Source: the human T2T-CHM13v2.0 reference genome, Homo sapiens
Assembly (NCBI RefSeq): GCF_009914755.1
Contig: NC_060933.1
DNA: 64,000 nucleotides
Direction: 5' to 3' (one strand)
Part shown: positions 32,810 through 46,974 of the stretch, in pieces
How positions within the stretch are numbered: position 1 is the stretch's first letter
Layout of the letters: each line of letters begins with the position of its first letter
Notes under the pieces: generated by a model
Told to the model about the DNA's origin: nothing
Databases searched by the model: none
What the model saw: only the letters and a program-made list of their open reading frames with translations
Program-made: the position numbers and the translations under genes

Positions 32810-33007
32810 ATGTATATTGGGTAACGTGAATGAAGAGAATACAAGCCAGAGGGGCGAGGAGAGCCAGATCACAAGTGGCCTGTGAGAGGGTCTAGGCCTC
32901 TTTCATGGCCAAACCCATACCCATAATACCAGGGGGCCTCCTCTTGGCCAGACGGACCCTTCTGAATACCAAGCCCTCACCACCCCACCCCCACCTCATA
33001 TCACCCT

Positions 33008-33295
33008 TTATTTATTATTATTTTTGAGGAAGGATCTCGCTCTGTCACCCAGGCTGGAGTGCAGTGGTGTGATCATAGCTCGCTGCAGCCTCAAACTCCT
33101 GACCTCAAGGATCCTCCTGCCTCAGCCTTCCAAGTAGCTAGGACTACAGGTACATGCCACCATACCTGGCTAATTAAAAAAATTTTTTTTCTTGCCATGT
33201 TGCCCAGGCTGGTCTCAACCTCCTGATCTCAAGCAATTCTCCTGTAGCTGCCTCTCAAAGGTTGGGATTAAAGGCGTGAGCCACTGCCCCTGGCC
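33008..33295 (-). mobile_element. Alu (AluJ-like)
   Basis: Consensus match. Confidence 0.88.
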
Positions 33296-35158
33296 TCACA
33301 TCACCCTCTGATGCTGCCCATTCATTGCTGCCCTACAGGATCAAGGCCAAATCCTTTGGCTTGGCATTCAAGGCCTCTGGCTGGGTCTCATTCCATATTC
33401 CAAGATTCTTTTCTTCTAGCTCATCTAAACGGCACCTTCCAGCTTCCCCAGCACCTGCTCTTGCATCTCCAGCCCTCTGGCTCTTTGCCCGTCCCTCTCC
33501 TTCTGCTTGGCTTGCCATTCCCATGCCCCCACCTCCTGTTCCCATCTCCACAAATCCAAATCCGCCCCTTCCCTAGCTCCCAAGCCACTTCCTCCAGAGA
33601 GTCCTCCTTGATATCCCAAGTAGCAGAGATCTCGCTCTCCTCTGTTCCCTGACAGCCACCTCTCCCCTTGCCTTTAGCCCTTGACACTGTCTACCCTGAT
33701 TTGGGGTTCAGGGTCAGTTCTCATTTTCTCTGCTGGCTTGGAGCTTCCTCAGAGAAGGCTCTGCTCCAGGAGTGTCCAGCACAGTGTCTATCCCCCTTGG
33801 GCCCCCACCTTCCCCACTTAGGGGAAGGCAGGTTTGGCTGGGCCTACGCTGGTCAAGATAAAGAAGAGGCTCACCCAGCCCACACGGCTGACCCATGAGG
33901 CTCTTCTCTGTGCTCAATTCCTCAGAACGAGATTACACTGTGTGACCTCAGGCAAGTCATAGCGATAAGGGCCTGACCCCTGAGGCAAGCCCTTTAGACA
34001 GCACCAGGTAGCACGTCAGTCTTGCAGGGGCTTGTGTATCCCATAAAGCTCAGAAATTCCAACTCTCCTTTCGGGAGCTTTGCCCTAAACCCTGGCTGCA
34101 TTTGCCAGAGCTACAGGAAGCTGCACAGAATGTAGGGATGGACTGACTAATTAATGCCCATGTGATTCCAGAAAGGATTTAAGAAGACTCACAAAAATAG
34201 AACACAAGATAGAAGGAAATGAAAAAGCTACAAGAGAAAAAATAGGGACACAAGGAAAATGCAGGTAAAAAGAGATCACCTGAAACGCAGGAGGAGTTAA
34301 GCTAGGTGTGCGGCCAGGTCCACCACACAGAGGAGGTAGACCTCAGATTTGGGTCTGAGCTTCCTAGTGGCCAATTCAACAAGGAAAAGAGAATCAGAAA
34401 GGGATTTGTTTGGTGTCTATAAGATAAAAGCCACAAGTTGCTAAGGAGCAGCACATCTTTTCTCTATAGTGAGTTTTGAGAGAAATGGGTACTGGGGGTC
34501 CCCTTGGAAAGAAACAACAAGGACAAATGACCTCCCTAGGGTCTTGGCAACTTGGTGGCAGTGGAGGAGCCACCTTGGGCCTGGGCTCGGGTGGGAAAGC
34601 AAGGAGCAAATCAGCAGGCTCCGCTCCAGGCCCCCCCACTCCTCCCTCACCTTGAGCAACTGCTGGGGGTGGCGGGAGTGCACCTGTCTGTGGCAGCTGG
34701 TGATGCTCACCAGACGTCCCATTGCTCCCCTCATGTCCAGGCCCCTTCCAGTCAGGCAGCCATAGCACACATCACTGCCTCCTATGACCCGTTAGCCAGT
34801 GGATCATGGGAGGCAGTGATGTGTGTCACTTCCAGGCCAAAGCACATGAGACCTGCCTGTGACCCTCTAGGACTCTCGTCCTTGGCCAAAGGGATGAGAA
34901 GGGTGCATGTTTCAGATGGTGCATCTATAAGGTAGTTGGTCCCTCAGGAACCACGTGTAGCAGAGCACTTTCTTCTACTGACATACAGTGCAACAGAGAA
35001 ATACACTTGTAGAGTGAACCATGAGATAAGGGGTTATTTGTCATGGAGGACAGCGACCCATCCTGATTCATACAGCCTATGCAAGTCCGGCCCATGGAGA
35101 TGGCAAGTGGCTGCCTGTGCTTGGTGTGGCCACAGAGGAGGAGGCAGGACCCAGATCA

Positions 35159-35532
<374 letters not shown>

Positions 35533-37078
35533 AGCAGGGGAGATAGAGGACCAGATTTAATTTTCAGGTTTTCCTCTGATTCCTGAGCAGAGGAAAGGAT
35601 AGAGCAGGTAAGAGGCAATGGTCACCCGGGCTGGAGTAGGGCAGTGAAGTGGACGGGATGGTGGGGAGAGGATGTTACTGAAATACCAAGGAGGTGGGAT
35701 CAACCAAATGTGGTGCCTGAGTGCATGTGGCGGGCCTGGGGTAGTCGCTGAAATCGACATGAGCTTACATTAACAACAGCCCTGGCCCCTTCCGGACCCT
35801 CTGAGCTGTCTCCCTCCACAGCCTGTCTGTGCACCTGTAGGGGGTACCTGGGGTCTGGCCCAACTCCTGAGAGCCACTCTCCATCCTGGAGGAGTGAGGA
35901 GGCCGTGAGAGGCCTGGGCAACACCTCCCCTGGAGCTCACAGTCACCTCTGTGGCAATAAGAAGTCATGGTTTTTGAGTGCTTACAAGCTGCCAGGCGCC
36001 ATTCCAAATGCTTTCCATGCATGAATAGAGCAAGTGGGTGCTACCTTGCTCCCCCGTTCAGATGTAGGTGTTCAGGCCAGTAACCGGGTCACACAGCTAG
36101 TGAACAGCAGGCCTGGGGGCTGCACTCAGCTGTCTCAAGCCTGCAGCTTTTGAGCCTGCAGCTCCAGGTCCTCACAGACAATACCCATGATGACAATAGC
36201 TCTTTCAGACCCATCACAGCCCTGGATCTCACCTCTGTCCCTAAGAGGAACTGTCATGATCATGATCACTTCCACTCTACAGAGAAGGAAAATGAGGCCC
36301 AGGAAGCTAGCTAGAACCCTCTGGAAAGGCTCCCCACTTCCCCACGGATGAAGCCAGCTGACAGCAAAAGAGCGTGAACATCAGTGCCCTTCTGTCCGTC
36401 CCCCAATCCTCTCCCCACCCTAACTCTTATTTGCACTGCTAAGATTCTTCCAGACCTGCTGTCATGAAGGGAAACTTCACAAGTAGGGGGTGGGGCAGCC
36501 GCTAGCAAGGCCAGCTACCTCTCCCTTTGTATGTGGCATGGAAGTGTATGTGTATATGCATGGGTGAAGCTTGTGCATGCGTGCTGGCCTGTGTGCGTAC
36601 TGTGTGTGCACAAGAACTGCATTCATCAGGAAGTTCATGAGCGCCTGTGTCGTTTTGTGGGTGTGCATGCACGTGTGCATCCCTTTGGATGTTTAACTGA
36701 GGCTGTGTATATACACATGCATGAGCGCATGCGTGTATCCGTGCATGCATGACTTTAATGACTCAGTAATTCAGAGAACAGGAGTTCATTTTCCCTACAA
36801 GCAGGCACTTGCCCACAAGTGAGTACTGTAGCGGGCCCTTCGCCTACAGGCTGGGCCAGAACAGCCGATTCGAGCCAGGTCTATCCCAGGCCACTCATCT
36901 TATCCTGCCCCATTCCATCTGGCTGGGCCCACATCAAAGCCACAACAGGCATTCTCAGGTGTGGCACTCTGGGACAGCCTGCTGGGCACAAGGCGGGAGG
37001 TGGCATCCATTCTGCTGCTGTGATCCCATGCAGGCTTGGTGGGCCTGATGCCATGGGATTAGGCTCCGGGGCCTGTGA

Positions 37079-37438
<360 letters not shown>

Positions 37439-37659
37439 TGAGTTTATTTCTTAACACCTGACAGTGGCTCACAACTCTCCTGCAAGGTAGGTGGGGATTA
37501 TTTTCCCCCATTTGATGATGGGAAAACTGGGGTGCAAGGGAAGTGACTAGACTGAAGTCATGTTATGATGAGCAGTGCAGGTGGGAAGTAGTCTGAGGAC
37601 TAGTTGAGAGACCCCTCTTCCTGCTATGCAATATGCTCCTTTCTTGACATACATGCGGG

Positions 37660-37678
37660 GTGTGTGTGTGTGTGTGTA

Positions 37679-37729
<51 letters not shown>

Positions 37730-37738
37730 CAGAGAGAG
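37660..37738. repeat. Compound (TG)n(AG)n microsatellite
   Basis: Read directly. Confidence 0.95.
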
Positions 37739-38765
37739 TTTCCTGCCTGTTCCAAAGGCCCCTCTTCTTTACCCAGCCCTAAACTCATTGCAGGACAAGG
37801 GTTAGCTGCAGGGTGGCTGAAACTGAACCCAAACTGGGCGTGGTGCAAACCATTATAATAGATTATTCATTAATTGTACTGTTTGTGGCTTTAAGGAAAG
37901 AATGAAATGACCTGATTTGGTCTTTGAACAGGATGGGTAGGCATTGCTGGCTACCAGTGCCCCTTCGTAAATTTGTGGTTTCACATATAATATTTGAAGT
38001 TTTATCTGTTCTCTCTCTTAAAATTTGACTTGTGGGCACAGTGAGCTGCCACCTGTAAGTGCCTGGTGAGAGGGTCTGAACCACCACACTTATGTCACAG
38101 CCACAGTTAGGGAAGATTAGAACCACAAGTTACCCAGTTATTTCAAAAACCGAAAAGAGGTTACTGTTAATCAGGATAAAGAACGCTCTATGTGAAGGTG
38201 CTCTACAAAGGCTGAGAATTCACACAATACACGTCTCATCATGGGTGGGTCCCTCACCTGGACTCCAATCCCTGACCCACTATTATCCATCACAGTTTAT
38301 CTTGATCCTGGCCTTGGCCCTAAACTTGCTGGGAAAGCTCTTTTCAGTCATCCAGAATCCTTATGGGGTCTCTGATCCACCCATTGCGAGTGGGATATCT
38401 GGCTCTGAAATCAAAGCCCATGGAGGATAAGGCCACCCTGCTGCCAACCTAGGCCTCTGGGTAACCATTTCCCACAGCATCTTCCTTTCTCACCAGGCAG
38501 GAAGAAAAAAATACAAGGCTCAGCTACTTCTCCTCTGTAAGGGTTTTATCACAACTGGGCTCTGTGAATCTAAGGCCAGACCCTGGTTTAAACCACCACC
38601 TCTTGGCACGAGGTGTCTTAACTTTTGCCTTGCACCGGCCAGCAACAAGGTCTGAAGTGATACAGTGGGATCCAGTGTGCTAGGACCTAACAGTCTCACC
38701 CCACAGGGTAATTTTTCCTCCCTCCTTCAAAGCAAAAAGGGTCCTTGCCGCTCTCCACAGAAGTA

Positions 38766-38882
38766 GGGCAACTAACTGTCTTGGTTTGCCTCGGATTGTG
38801 GAGGGGTTCCAGGGAGGCAGGACTTACAGCGCTAAACTGGGGGAAGTCTTACTTAGGCAAACAGGGATAAGTTGGTCACTCT
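38766..38882. mobile_element. MER94-like hAT MITE
   Basis: Imperfect terminal inverted repeats AGGGCAACTAACTGTC / ATAAGTTGGTCACTCT with internal CGCTAAACTGGG. Confidence 0.55.
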
Positions 38883-38923
38883 CCCACCACTACCACCACC
38901 ACCAGGGTCTAGGTGTAACAATT

Positions 38924-39206
38924 CTTTTTTTTTTGAGATAGGGCCTCACTTTGCTACCCAGGCTGGAGTGCAGAGGCGTGATCAGTGCTCTCTGCAGCCT
39001 CAACCTCCTGGGCTTGCGCAATCCTCTGGCTTCAGCCTCCTGCATAGCTAAGAACAAGCATGTACCACCGTGCTTGGCTAATTTTTTTGTAAAGACAGGG
39101 TTTCACTCTGTTGCCAGGCTGGTCTTGAACACCTGGCCTCAGGCGATCCTCACACCTCAGCCTCTCAAAGTGCTGGGATGACAGGCGTGAGCCACCGTGC
39201 CTGGCT
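38924..39206 (-). mobile_element. Alu (AluJ-like)
   Basis: Consensus match. Confidence 0.88.
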
Positions 39207-39569
39207 TACACGTAACAATTCTATTGTAAATTCCTGGTAGCCCTGACTTTGTCAAGTTGTCTGCGAGAGAGGAGGCTCTAGAATCCATTTCTTAAAGGGC
39301 CCAACATACCGAACCATAGAATAGAAATTTCAAAGCAGAATAATCCAGGAAGCTTTATAGAGAGAGGTGAAGAGGATTTCATTCAATCTCCAATCTTCAT
39401 CTGATATTGACTTGGTGCTTATTCTGCGCCAAGCCGTGTCAGGAGCAGGGCTCGGAGGGGTCAGAGATGAATAATTCAGTCACTGCTCTCCACATGTTCA
39501 TACCTCTCAGGGAAATGACCAAGAGCAGAAAGAGATGAGATGGTGTGACCTTGAGGGACTGCTAACATG

Positions 39570-39890
39570 CAGGGCAGTGGCTTGCAACTTTGCACATTAG
39601 AATCACTTAAATCAGATTACTGGGTGGGGGACCCAGATGCCAGCACTGCTTAAGCTTCCAGTGCATGTGATTCCAGCGCATGTTAGGAGCAAGGATAACA
39701 GAAACACATAATGGATGTGATGCAGTAGTTCTCAAAGTGCAGTCCCCCATTAACCATATCACTAGGGAACTTTTTATTTGCAAATTCTCAAGCCTCCTTC
39801 CCCAGACCTACTGAATCAGGTATTCTGGGGGTGGGGCTCACCACTCTGCTTTAACCAGCCCCCCAGGTTCAAGTTTGAGACTCAGTGGTG
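39570..39890. mobile_element. MER5A/MER5B DNA-transposon fragments
   Basis: CAGTAGTTCTCAAAGTG...CCCAGACCTACTGAATCAG...TTAACCAGCCCCCCAGGT. Confidence 0.65.
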
Positions 39891-40154
39891 TAATGGATGG
39901 GTTGGCAATACCTGAACCCACTGCCCAATCTTAGCATCACTAAAAGAGATAACCAGACATTATGTGCTGCTAACATGAAGCAACAGGAAACACTACTTAT
40001 AAAGTGGCCTTGCCAAAAAATGAAACCCACTGTTGACCGAGTCTTTGTATGTAACTGTGCACACAGAGTATGGAGAAACATGTTAACAGCCACACAGATA
40101 CAATCAGGAAAAAAACACAGGACATCCTACATGCTAAGTTTTCTGGTTTCTAAC

Positions 40155-41450
40155 ATTAACTCAAAATGCAACAAAGACCTAAATAGAAGAGCTAAATCTA
40201 TAAAAAACCTTAGAAGAAAACGAAGAGCAAAATCTTCACAACATTGGGCTTGGCAATGATTCCTTGGTTATGATACCAGGAACAGGCAACAAAAGAAAAA
40301 AAATAGACAAATTGTATTCATGGAAATTAAAAACTTGTGTGTATTTAAGGATACTAGCAACAGAGTGAAAAGGCAACATATGGAATGAGAGGAAATATTT
40401 GCAAATCCATATGATAAGGTGTTAATGTTGAGAATATATAAAGAACTCTGACAACTCAACAACAAGCAAGCAAACAATTTGATTTGAAACAATCTGATTT
40501 AGTGCACTGTTGGTAGGAATGCAAAAGGGTTTAGTTGCTATGAAAGATAGTACGGCAGTTCATCAAAAATTTAAAAATAGAACGATCATACGATTCAGCA
40601 ACTCCACTTCTGGAATATACACCCTTAAAGAAATGAAAGCAGGGTCTAGAAGAGATATTTGCACACTCATGTTCATAGCAGCATTATTCCCAATAGCTTA
40701 AATGTGGAATCAACCCAAGTGTCCGTTCACAGATGAACGGATCAGTAAAATGTGGTATATTCAAACCATGGAATAATATTCAACCTTCAAAAGGAAGAAA
40801 ACTCTACTTTGGGAGGATGAGGTGGATCGCTTGGGTTCTGGAGTTCAAGACCAGCCTGGGTGACACAGCAAGACCTCATCTCTGCTAGAAATAAAAAAAA
40901 AATTAGCTGGGCATGGTGGCACACACCTGTAGTCCCAGCTACTCGGGAGGTCAAGGTGGGAGGATCACTTGAGCTCAGGAGTTAGAGGCTGCAGTAAGCT
41001 ATGATTATACCACTGTACTCCAGTCTGGGTGATAAAGCAAGATCCTGTCTCAAAAAAAAAAAAAAAAGAAAGAAAAGAAAAAGGAAGAAAGTCTTGAGAC
41101 ATGCTGTAACATGGATGAACTTTGAGGGCATTATGCTAAGTGAAACAAGCCAGTTACAAAAAGACAGCGCATGATTCCACTTATATGAGTTACTTTGAGT
41201 AGGCAAAATCACAGGGACAGAAAGTAGAATGGTGGCTGCCAGGGGCTGAGGGTAGGGAGGAATGAAAAGTTATTGTTTAATGGATATAGAGTTTCAGTTT
41301 TGCAAGATAAAGAGTTCTAGAGATGGATGGTGGTGATGGCTGCACGGCAGTATGAGCGTACTTAATACCACTGAACTGTACACTTAAGAATGATTTAGAT
41401 GGCAAATACTATGTTATGTGTATTTTAGTACAATGAAATATACATATATT
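40155..41450 (+). mobile_element. L1MB-like 3' fragment with a nested Alu (about 40806-41090, +)
   Basis: L1 ORF2-end and 3'UTR motifs (AAAGACCTAAATAGAAGAGC, ATGTTCATAGCAGCATTATTC, CCACTGAACTGTACACTTAA). Confidence 0.85.
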
Positions 41451-44312
41451 TTTTAAAAGATCCGGTTTCTTTAAGATGACAAGGAAAAAGGGACAAGGGT
41501 CATTACAGTTCAGAAGAGACTTAAGAGATCAGAGGCACAGCAAGAAGTGCAATGTGTGGATCCTGTGTGGATCCGGATTCACACAAACCAATTGCAAAAA
41601 GGCATCAGGAAGCAATCAGGGAAAGCTGAGTGGGCACCTGACAGTATTAAAGAATTGTTGTCATTAGGTGTGGTAATAATACTGTGCTTATATTAGACAA
41701 GAGTCTTTATCTTTTAGAGACGGATGCCTAATATTCACAGATGAAATGATATAACATCTGGGATTTATCTTAAAATAACTTGCGGTTGTTGGACAGAGGA
41801 GGAGGGAATGAGTGCGTAGAGATGAAACAGGCTGCTGATGGCTACTGAAAGTGGGTGAGGGTACAAGAGGATTCATTTGAATCTTTCCTTTAATTTTGTA
41901 TGTGTCTTTAAATTTCCATTGTAAAAGATTTAAGCAAGAAAGAAGCAGGAGAGCACAGAGGTGGCCCAGGCCCCGGAGCTTGACTGTCAGGGGTCTAATC
42001 TTGGCTCTAAACGGCCCTGTCCAACACAGAACCTCTAGTCCCACAAGGCTTCTAAATTAAAGTTAAAATTAAATAAAGTGTAAAATCCAGCTCCTTAGTC
42101 ACACTAGCAACATTTCAAGAGCTCAAAAGCCACATGTGCTTCATAATCACAGATGAAACCATACAAGCAACACCCAATGAACAGTGTAATTAAACAACAT
42201 GCCCATCTCTGAACAAAGTTCTGATGGACAGCACCACCCTATCATTTCCTATCTGCCACTCTGGGCAAGTTACTTAATGTGTCTATTTCCTCACCAGGAA
42301 AATCAGGCACTACAAATACACATACTAGCTAACGCCTATATTACTGACTAGGTGTTAAGTATGTTCCACATACCAACTCAACCCTCATGCAAGTACTGTC
42401 ATAGCCCCATTTTTAAGATAAGGAAACAGGGCACAGAGAGGTTATATAACTTGCCTAAGATCACATAGCTAGTTAGTGGCTGGGCTGGAATCTGAAGCCA
42501 GGCTGTTCAGTCACAGGTCCACACTCTCTCGCAGGGGTTCCTGGACACTTACATAAGGTGATACACACAGCATGCAGAGTGATGCTTGGTGCATACTTAG
42601 TGTTCAAAAGACGTTGGCTAGTAAGATTGTTGTGGTCCCAATGTGTACAAGACACTGAGATGTGATTTAACACACAACAGGTATATGCTGGGAGGCCAGC
42701 ATTTTGGGTATCTAAGTAAAAATCCCAAACCAGAAAGCATGAAGCAGCCTGCCAGGGGCCAAGTGGCTCGTGAGAGTTTCAACCCCTGGTGCAAACCATG
42801 ATGATGGGGAAACAGACACACACATGCAGAAGGCTAGCTGACAATTCCTACTGATCAAAAAGAATCCAAGAGAGTGCATTTGTGCATCTCTCCGGGCTGG
42901 GTTCTCCTAGGTGGAGGCCAGAAGGCCCCACCCTGCCCTAGTGCTGAGGGACCTGGGACGGGGTGGAGGGGTGGGGGAAGAAGCCCTTTGCTTTTTCTCC
43001 ATCAGCACAGCCCAGGCAGGGAAGCAGAGCGCAGCCATCCAGGGACCCTCCTTTGGGGCTTGACCATCACCAGCGAGGCAGAAGCGGTCTGCAGCCGGCA
43101 AATGCAAACAGCAAATGCAAAGAGTCCCGTCCTCAGGTTTCCGCCTTCCCCGCCCCCGCGCCGCCCATCCTTCTGGTCCAGCACAGATGCATCTCTGCAG
43201 GCCCACAGGAAGTACAGATTGAGTCAGAGAGCAAACCAAGACAAGGCCTCTTTCTTCCTGATGAGATTAGGCCTGAGGGAGTGCCTCCTCCCCACATCTG
43301 ACACTGCCCAGAGCCACCGTCCCTGGGCGGGCCACCTCCTCCTGCCCTGCCTCCTCCCCAGCCCTGCCCCCACGGCCCCCACCTGCTCTCTACCCCTCTC
43401 CCAGGCCATGCCAAGGCCTCAGCAGCCTTCTCTCTTGGGGACTCAGGCCTCGCATATTCCACCCCCAACTCTGGCCCTGCACTTTCCCTTAAAATGCACC
43501 CCGGGTCCCCTCTGTCCTCAGGATAAAGTCCTCTGCTGGACTTGGGTTTTGAGGTCCCTACGTTTCCCCTGAGTCTTTGACCTCCTTCTCATCTCCACAG
43601 ACCTGTTCTCTGAGACAAACTGGTCTGTCTGCTCTCCCCTCAAAGCATCGTGCTTTTCAAAAGAGAAGGGGAGAAGCAAAAAGAAAATAAAAAAGCATCA
43701 TTTTCCCAGATAATCTGTCTTTGCTCATGCCCCTTCCCTCTGCCTAGAACTAAGCCAGCTCAGGTAAGTCGCTGGGTGGCTCTTAGCAGGGCTCTTAGAA
43801 TGCCCCTTCCTGTCACCCCACCTTCCTGGCCCAGCTCCAACAGAACCACCTCCAAGGAGCCTCCCCAGCTCTCAGACTGAGCAGTCTCTCCATCCCATGA
43901 GGTCCCATCCTGACATTTGGGGAGGTAGCCAAAGGCAGGGAAAAAGAAGGCACCAAGTTCAAGCCCTGGACCCCTATTTGTCTCTGTGCCGTAGCATTAG
44001 AGTATCCTCATATTTTTCTCATAGAATCTAGAAGATTAAATGAAATAATGTATGTAAAAGACCTTGCATGTGTCTGGCACAAAGTAGGAGCTCAGCCCAT
44101 GGAAGCGCCCCTCGTCTCCTTTCCTGCCCACTGTGTTTTTTCCTTCTCTTCCTTCCTCCCCCACCAACACACCCATAGGACTGTCAACCTTAGATGGTTC
44201 TCCCCTTCTGCTGTGCCCACCTACAGCCCTGTGGGTACCCAGGGGGAGGCCAACCTGACTCCCAGCTTGAGCTTTCACTCACACCAGCAGCTTCTTCTGA
44301 ACCCCTCCTTGA

Positions 44313-44690
<378 letters not shown>

Positions 44691-46132
44691 GAGAATCCTA
44701 ATTCTGACACCAATTCGCTCCGTCACCTTGGGCAAATCTCGTCCCCTCTCCCGCTTTCTGAGTTTCTATCCATATAATAGTAACAGCCCTGCCCTGCCCA
44801 CCTGTTAGGACGGTCTGTGGAGGGTGCTGCAGCTTGCACACACCAGACACACACAGGACCACAAGGGCGACAGAGCTGTCCAGCCATCAGCTGTCCTGAG
44901 AAGGTCTTGTCCTGCCTGGACCTTCTGGAGACAGAGCAGAGCTTCTTTCTGTTTAATCCCCCAAATCAAGCCCTGACCAAAACTCCACACAGGTTTATTG
45001 CCCCACAATCTCCTTATCTGGGAGTTTCGAGCGACAAGGATCACTGGGGATTTTCCAAGACACCTCCAGGAGGCTGAAAATCTGGCAGCTCCACTCCCTG
45101 CTCACTGTCCGCTTTCTGGCACAGAGCTTTCAGACCTGTCTTTGGACAGAGAGGGACACTGAGGCTCAGAGAGGAAGCGCGCCTTGCTTAGCGTCCCACA
45201 GTCAGCCCGAGGCAGGGCTGAAGCTCTGTAACTCTGGTCCTGGGGTGGGCATCCAACCAGGGGTCCTGCATTCTGTTCTCAGCGTGGACCCACAAATCAG
45301 CCCTCACTCTGCCTGCCTCAGGGACCTGGCGCCCAGAGTCAGTTCAGCCAACATCATTGGTGCCCACTCTGAGCCTGATGCCATGCTGGGCACTGTAGGG
45401 GAGATGCATGGGCAGACCCAGACAGCGTCACTTATGGGGGAGCTCAGAGGATGGGGGAGGCCCCCATGTAACCAGCAAGCTCAATTCAGGGTCATCAGGG
45501 CTAAAGCCAGCGCTGCAAGTTGCAGCAGGGAGATGGAAATCTGGGAAGTCAGGGAGGGCCCCCGGGAGGATACGACTGAGCTGAGCTTTCAAGGCCAAGT
45601 AGAGCAAGCCCAGCAGAGGAGGGAAGGGGAGGCATGGGGTGGAAGGCGCTGTGCTAGGTCATGCCTGTCTGTGGTGTGCGGAGATGGAGCCAGGAGCTGG
45701 CAGCGCGGGGGTGGGGAGGCTGGGTCTGAGCAAATGCAGGCCAGCAATGGGGCTGCCGCTGGGAGAGGTGCTGGGGGCGCAGTGCTGAGGAGGGGGCACC
45801 TGAGACAGTGGGGAGGCATCAAAGTGTGTAACTGGGGGTGTGACATGGTCAGAGCCGAAATAGACTTAACCCCTGCAATTAGGAAGTCAGGACATTGAGC
45901 CTGGGAAACGATTTCTTTCCTCAACTTTGGGCTGGTATCGAAGGAAGAAATAAGTGGGTTTCATTTCATGTCCAGCTCCAGTGGGCTGGAGGGGTTGCGG
46001 AACCCCATGAGGAGGAGGGAGAGAATTCTGAGGCCTTCCGTGCTTGGACTCAGGAGGAAAAGGGTGTGACTGCCCTGGGACAAGAGTCCCCAGATATGAC
46101 TGAAGGCCTGCCTGCTCCTGCAGATGCTGGAA

Positions 46133-46533
46133 GCCCCACACCCCACTTCTGAGCTCGGCACCCCCACCCCACTTCTGAGCTCAGCCCCACGCCCTACTTC
46201 CGAGCTCAGTCCCACACCCCACTTCTGAGCTCGACCCCACGCCCCACTTCCGAGCTCAGCCCCACACCCCACTTCCAAGCTCAGCCCCACACCCCACTTC
46301 TGAGACCCCACACCCCACTTCCAAGCTCAGCCCCACACCCCACTTCTGAGCTCGACCCCACGCCCCACTTCCGAGCTCAGCCCCACACCCCACTTCCAAG
46401 CTCAGCCCCACACCCCACTTCTGAGACCCCACACCCCACTTCCAAGCTCAGCCCCACACCCCACTTCTGAGATCGACCCCATGCCTCACTTCCAAGCTCA
46501 GCCCCACACCCCACTTCTGAGCTCGACCCCACA
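46133..46533. repeat. Minisatellite/VNTR, 25-bp unit GCCCCACACCCCACTTCYRAGCTCR, 16 units plus a partial
   Basis: Units parsed directly; two 21-bp deletion variants; internal 121-bp higher-order duplication. Confidence 0.95.
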
Positions 46534-46574
46534 GCGGGAAGTGGATGGGAAGTTCTTTTCCGCTACTCTCTCAC

Positions 46575-46840
46575 CTGCTTGTTAACATGGAGATAAATGC
46601 CTCTGCTCACCCTTAATCAGTTCCCCAGGCAGAGTCTGCAACAGCTGGCAGGAGAGGATGGTGAGGTACCTCCTCTCTGCTTCCAGCCTCCAGGAGCTCC
46701 ACCTAAATTGTTTGTTCAGGCTGGGCCTGCAGGCCAGAAAGGCAGGAGGCCAGACTGATTGCCCTTCTCAAATTTCAAGTGCCAGCAGCCTGGGTTTATG
46801 AGGATTAAAAGAGTCCAGCAAAGATGTCAGTGCCCCTGTG
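46575..46840 (-). promoter_or_regulatory. Candidate alternative non-coding first exon / promoter of CORO2A (5' boundary is a guess)
   Basis: Two consensus minus-strand donors (CAG|gtgaga, exon end 46575; AGG|gtgagc, exon end 46611) in repeat-free sequence between a KLF-motif VNTR and a CpG-enriched patch. I recall, unverified, that CORO2A has 5'UTR variants. Confidence 0.4.
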
Positions 46841-46974
46841 GGAAAGGCACTTCTGCCCGCAAGACTGGCTGTGAGGACAGGTGACAGCATCACATTTACA
46901 TGTGTTTGCCCGCTGTGTCACAGCAGAGCATCTGAGGGTGCTCAGAGTCACCTGGAGGGCTGGAAAAAAACAAA

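Noticed and set aside
42874-43572. 232-aa plus-strand ORF
   Set aside because: Non-ATG start, Pro/Ser/Leu-rich GC-driven composition, no recognisable domain; antisense to the host gene.
45245-45898. 217-aa plus-strand ORF
   Set aside because: Overlaps decayed L2-like sequence; no recognisable protein.
46133-46533. Repeat array as a CRISPR-like locus
   Set aside because: Units are contiguous with no unique spacers, there are no cas genes, and the context is a human intron.
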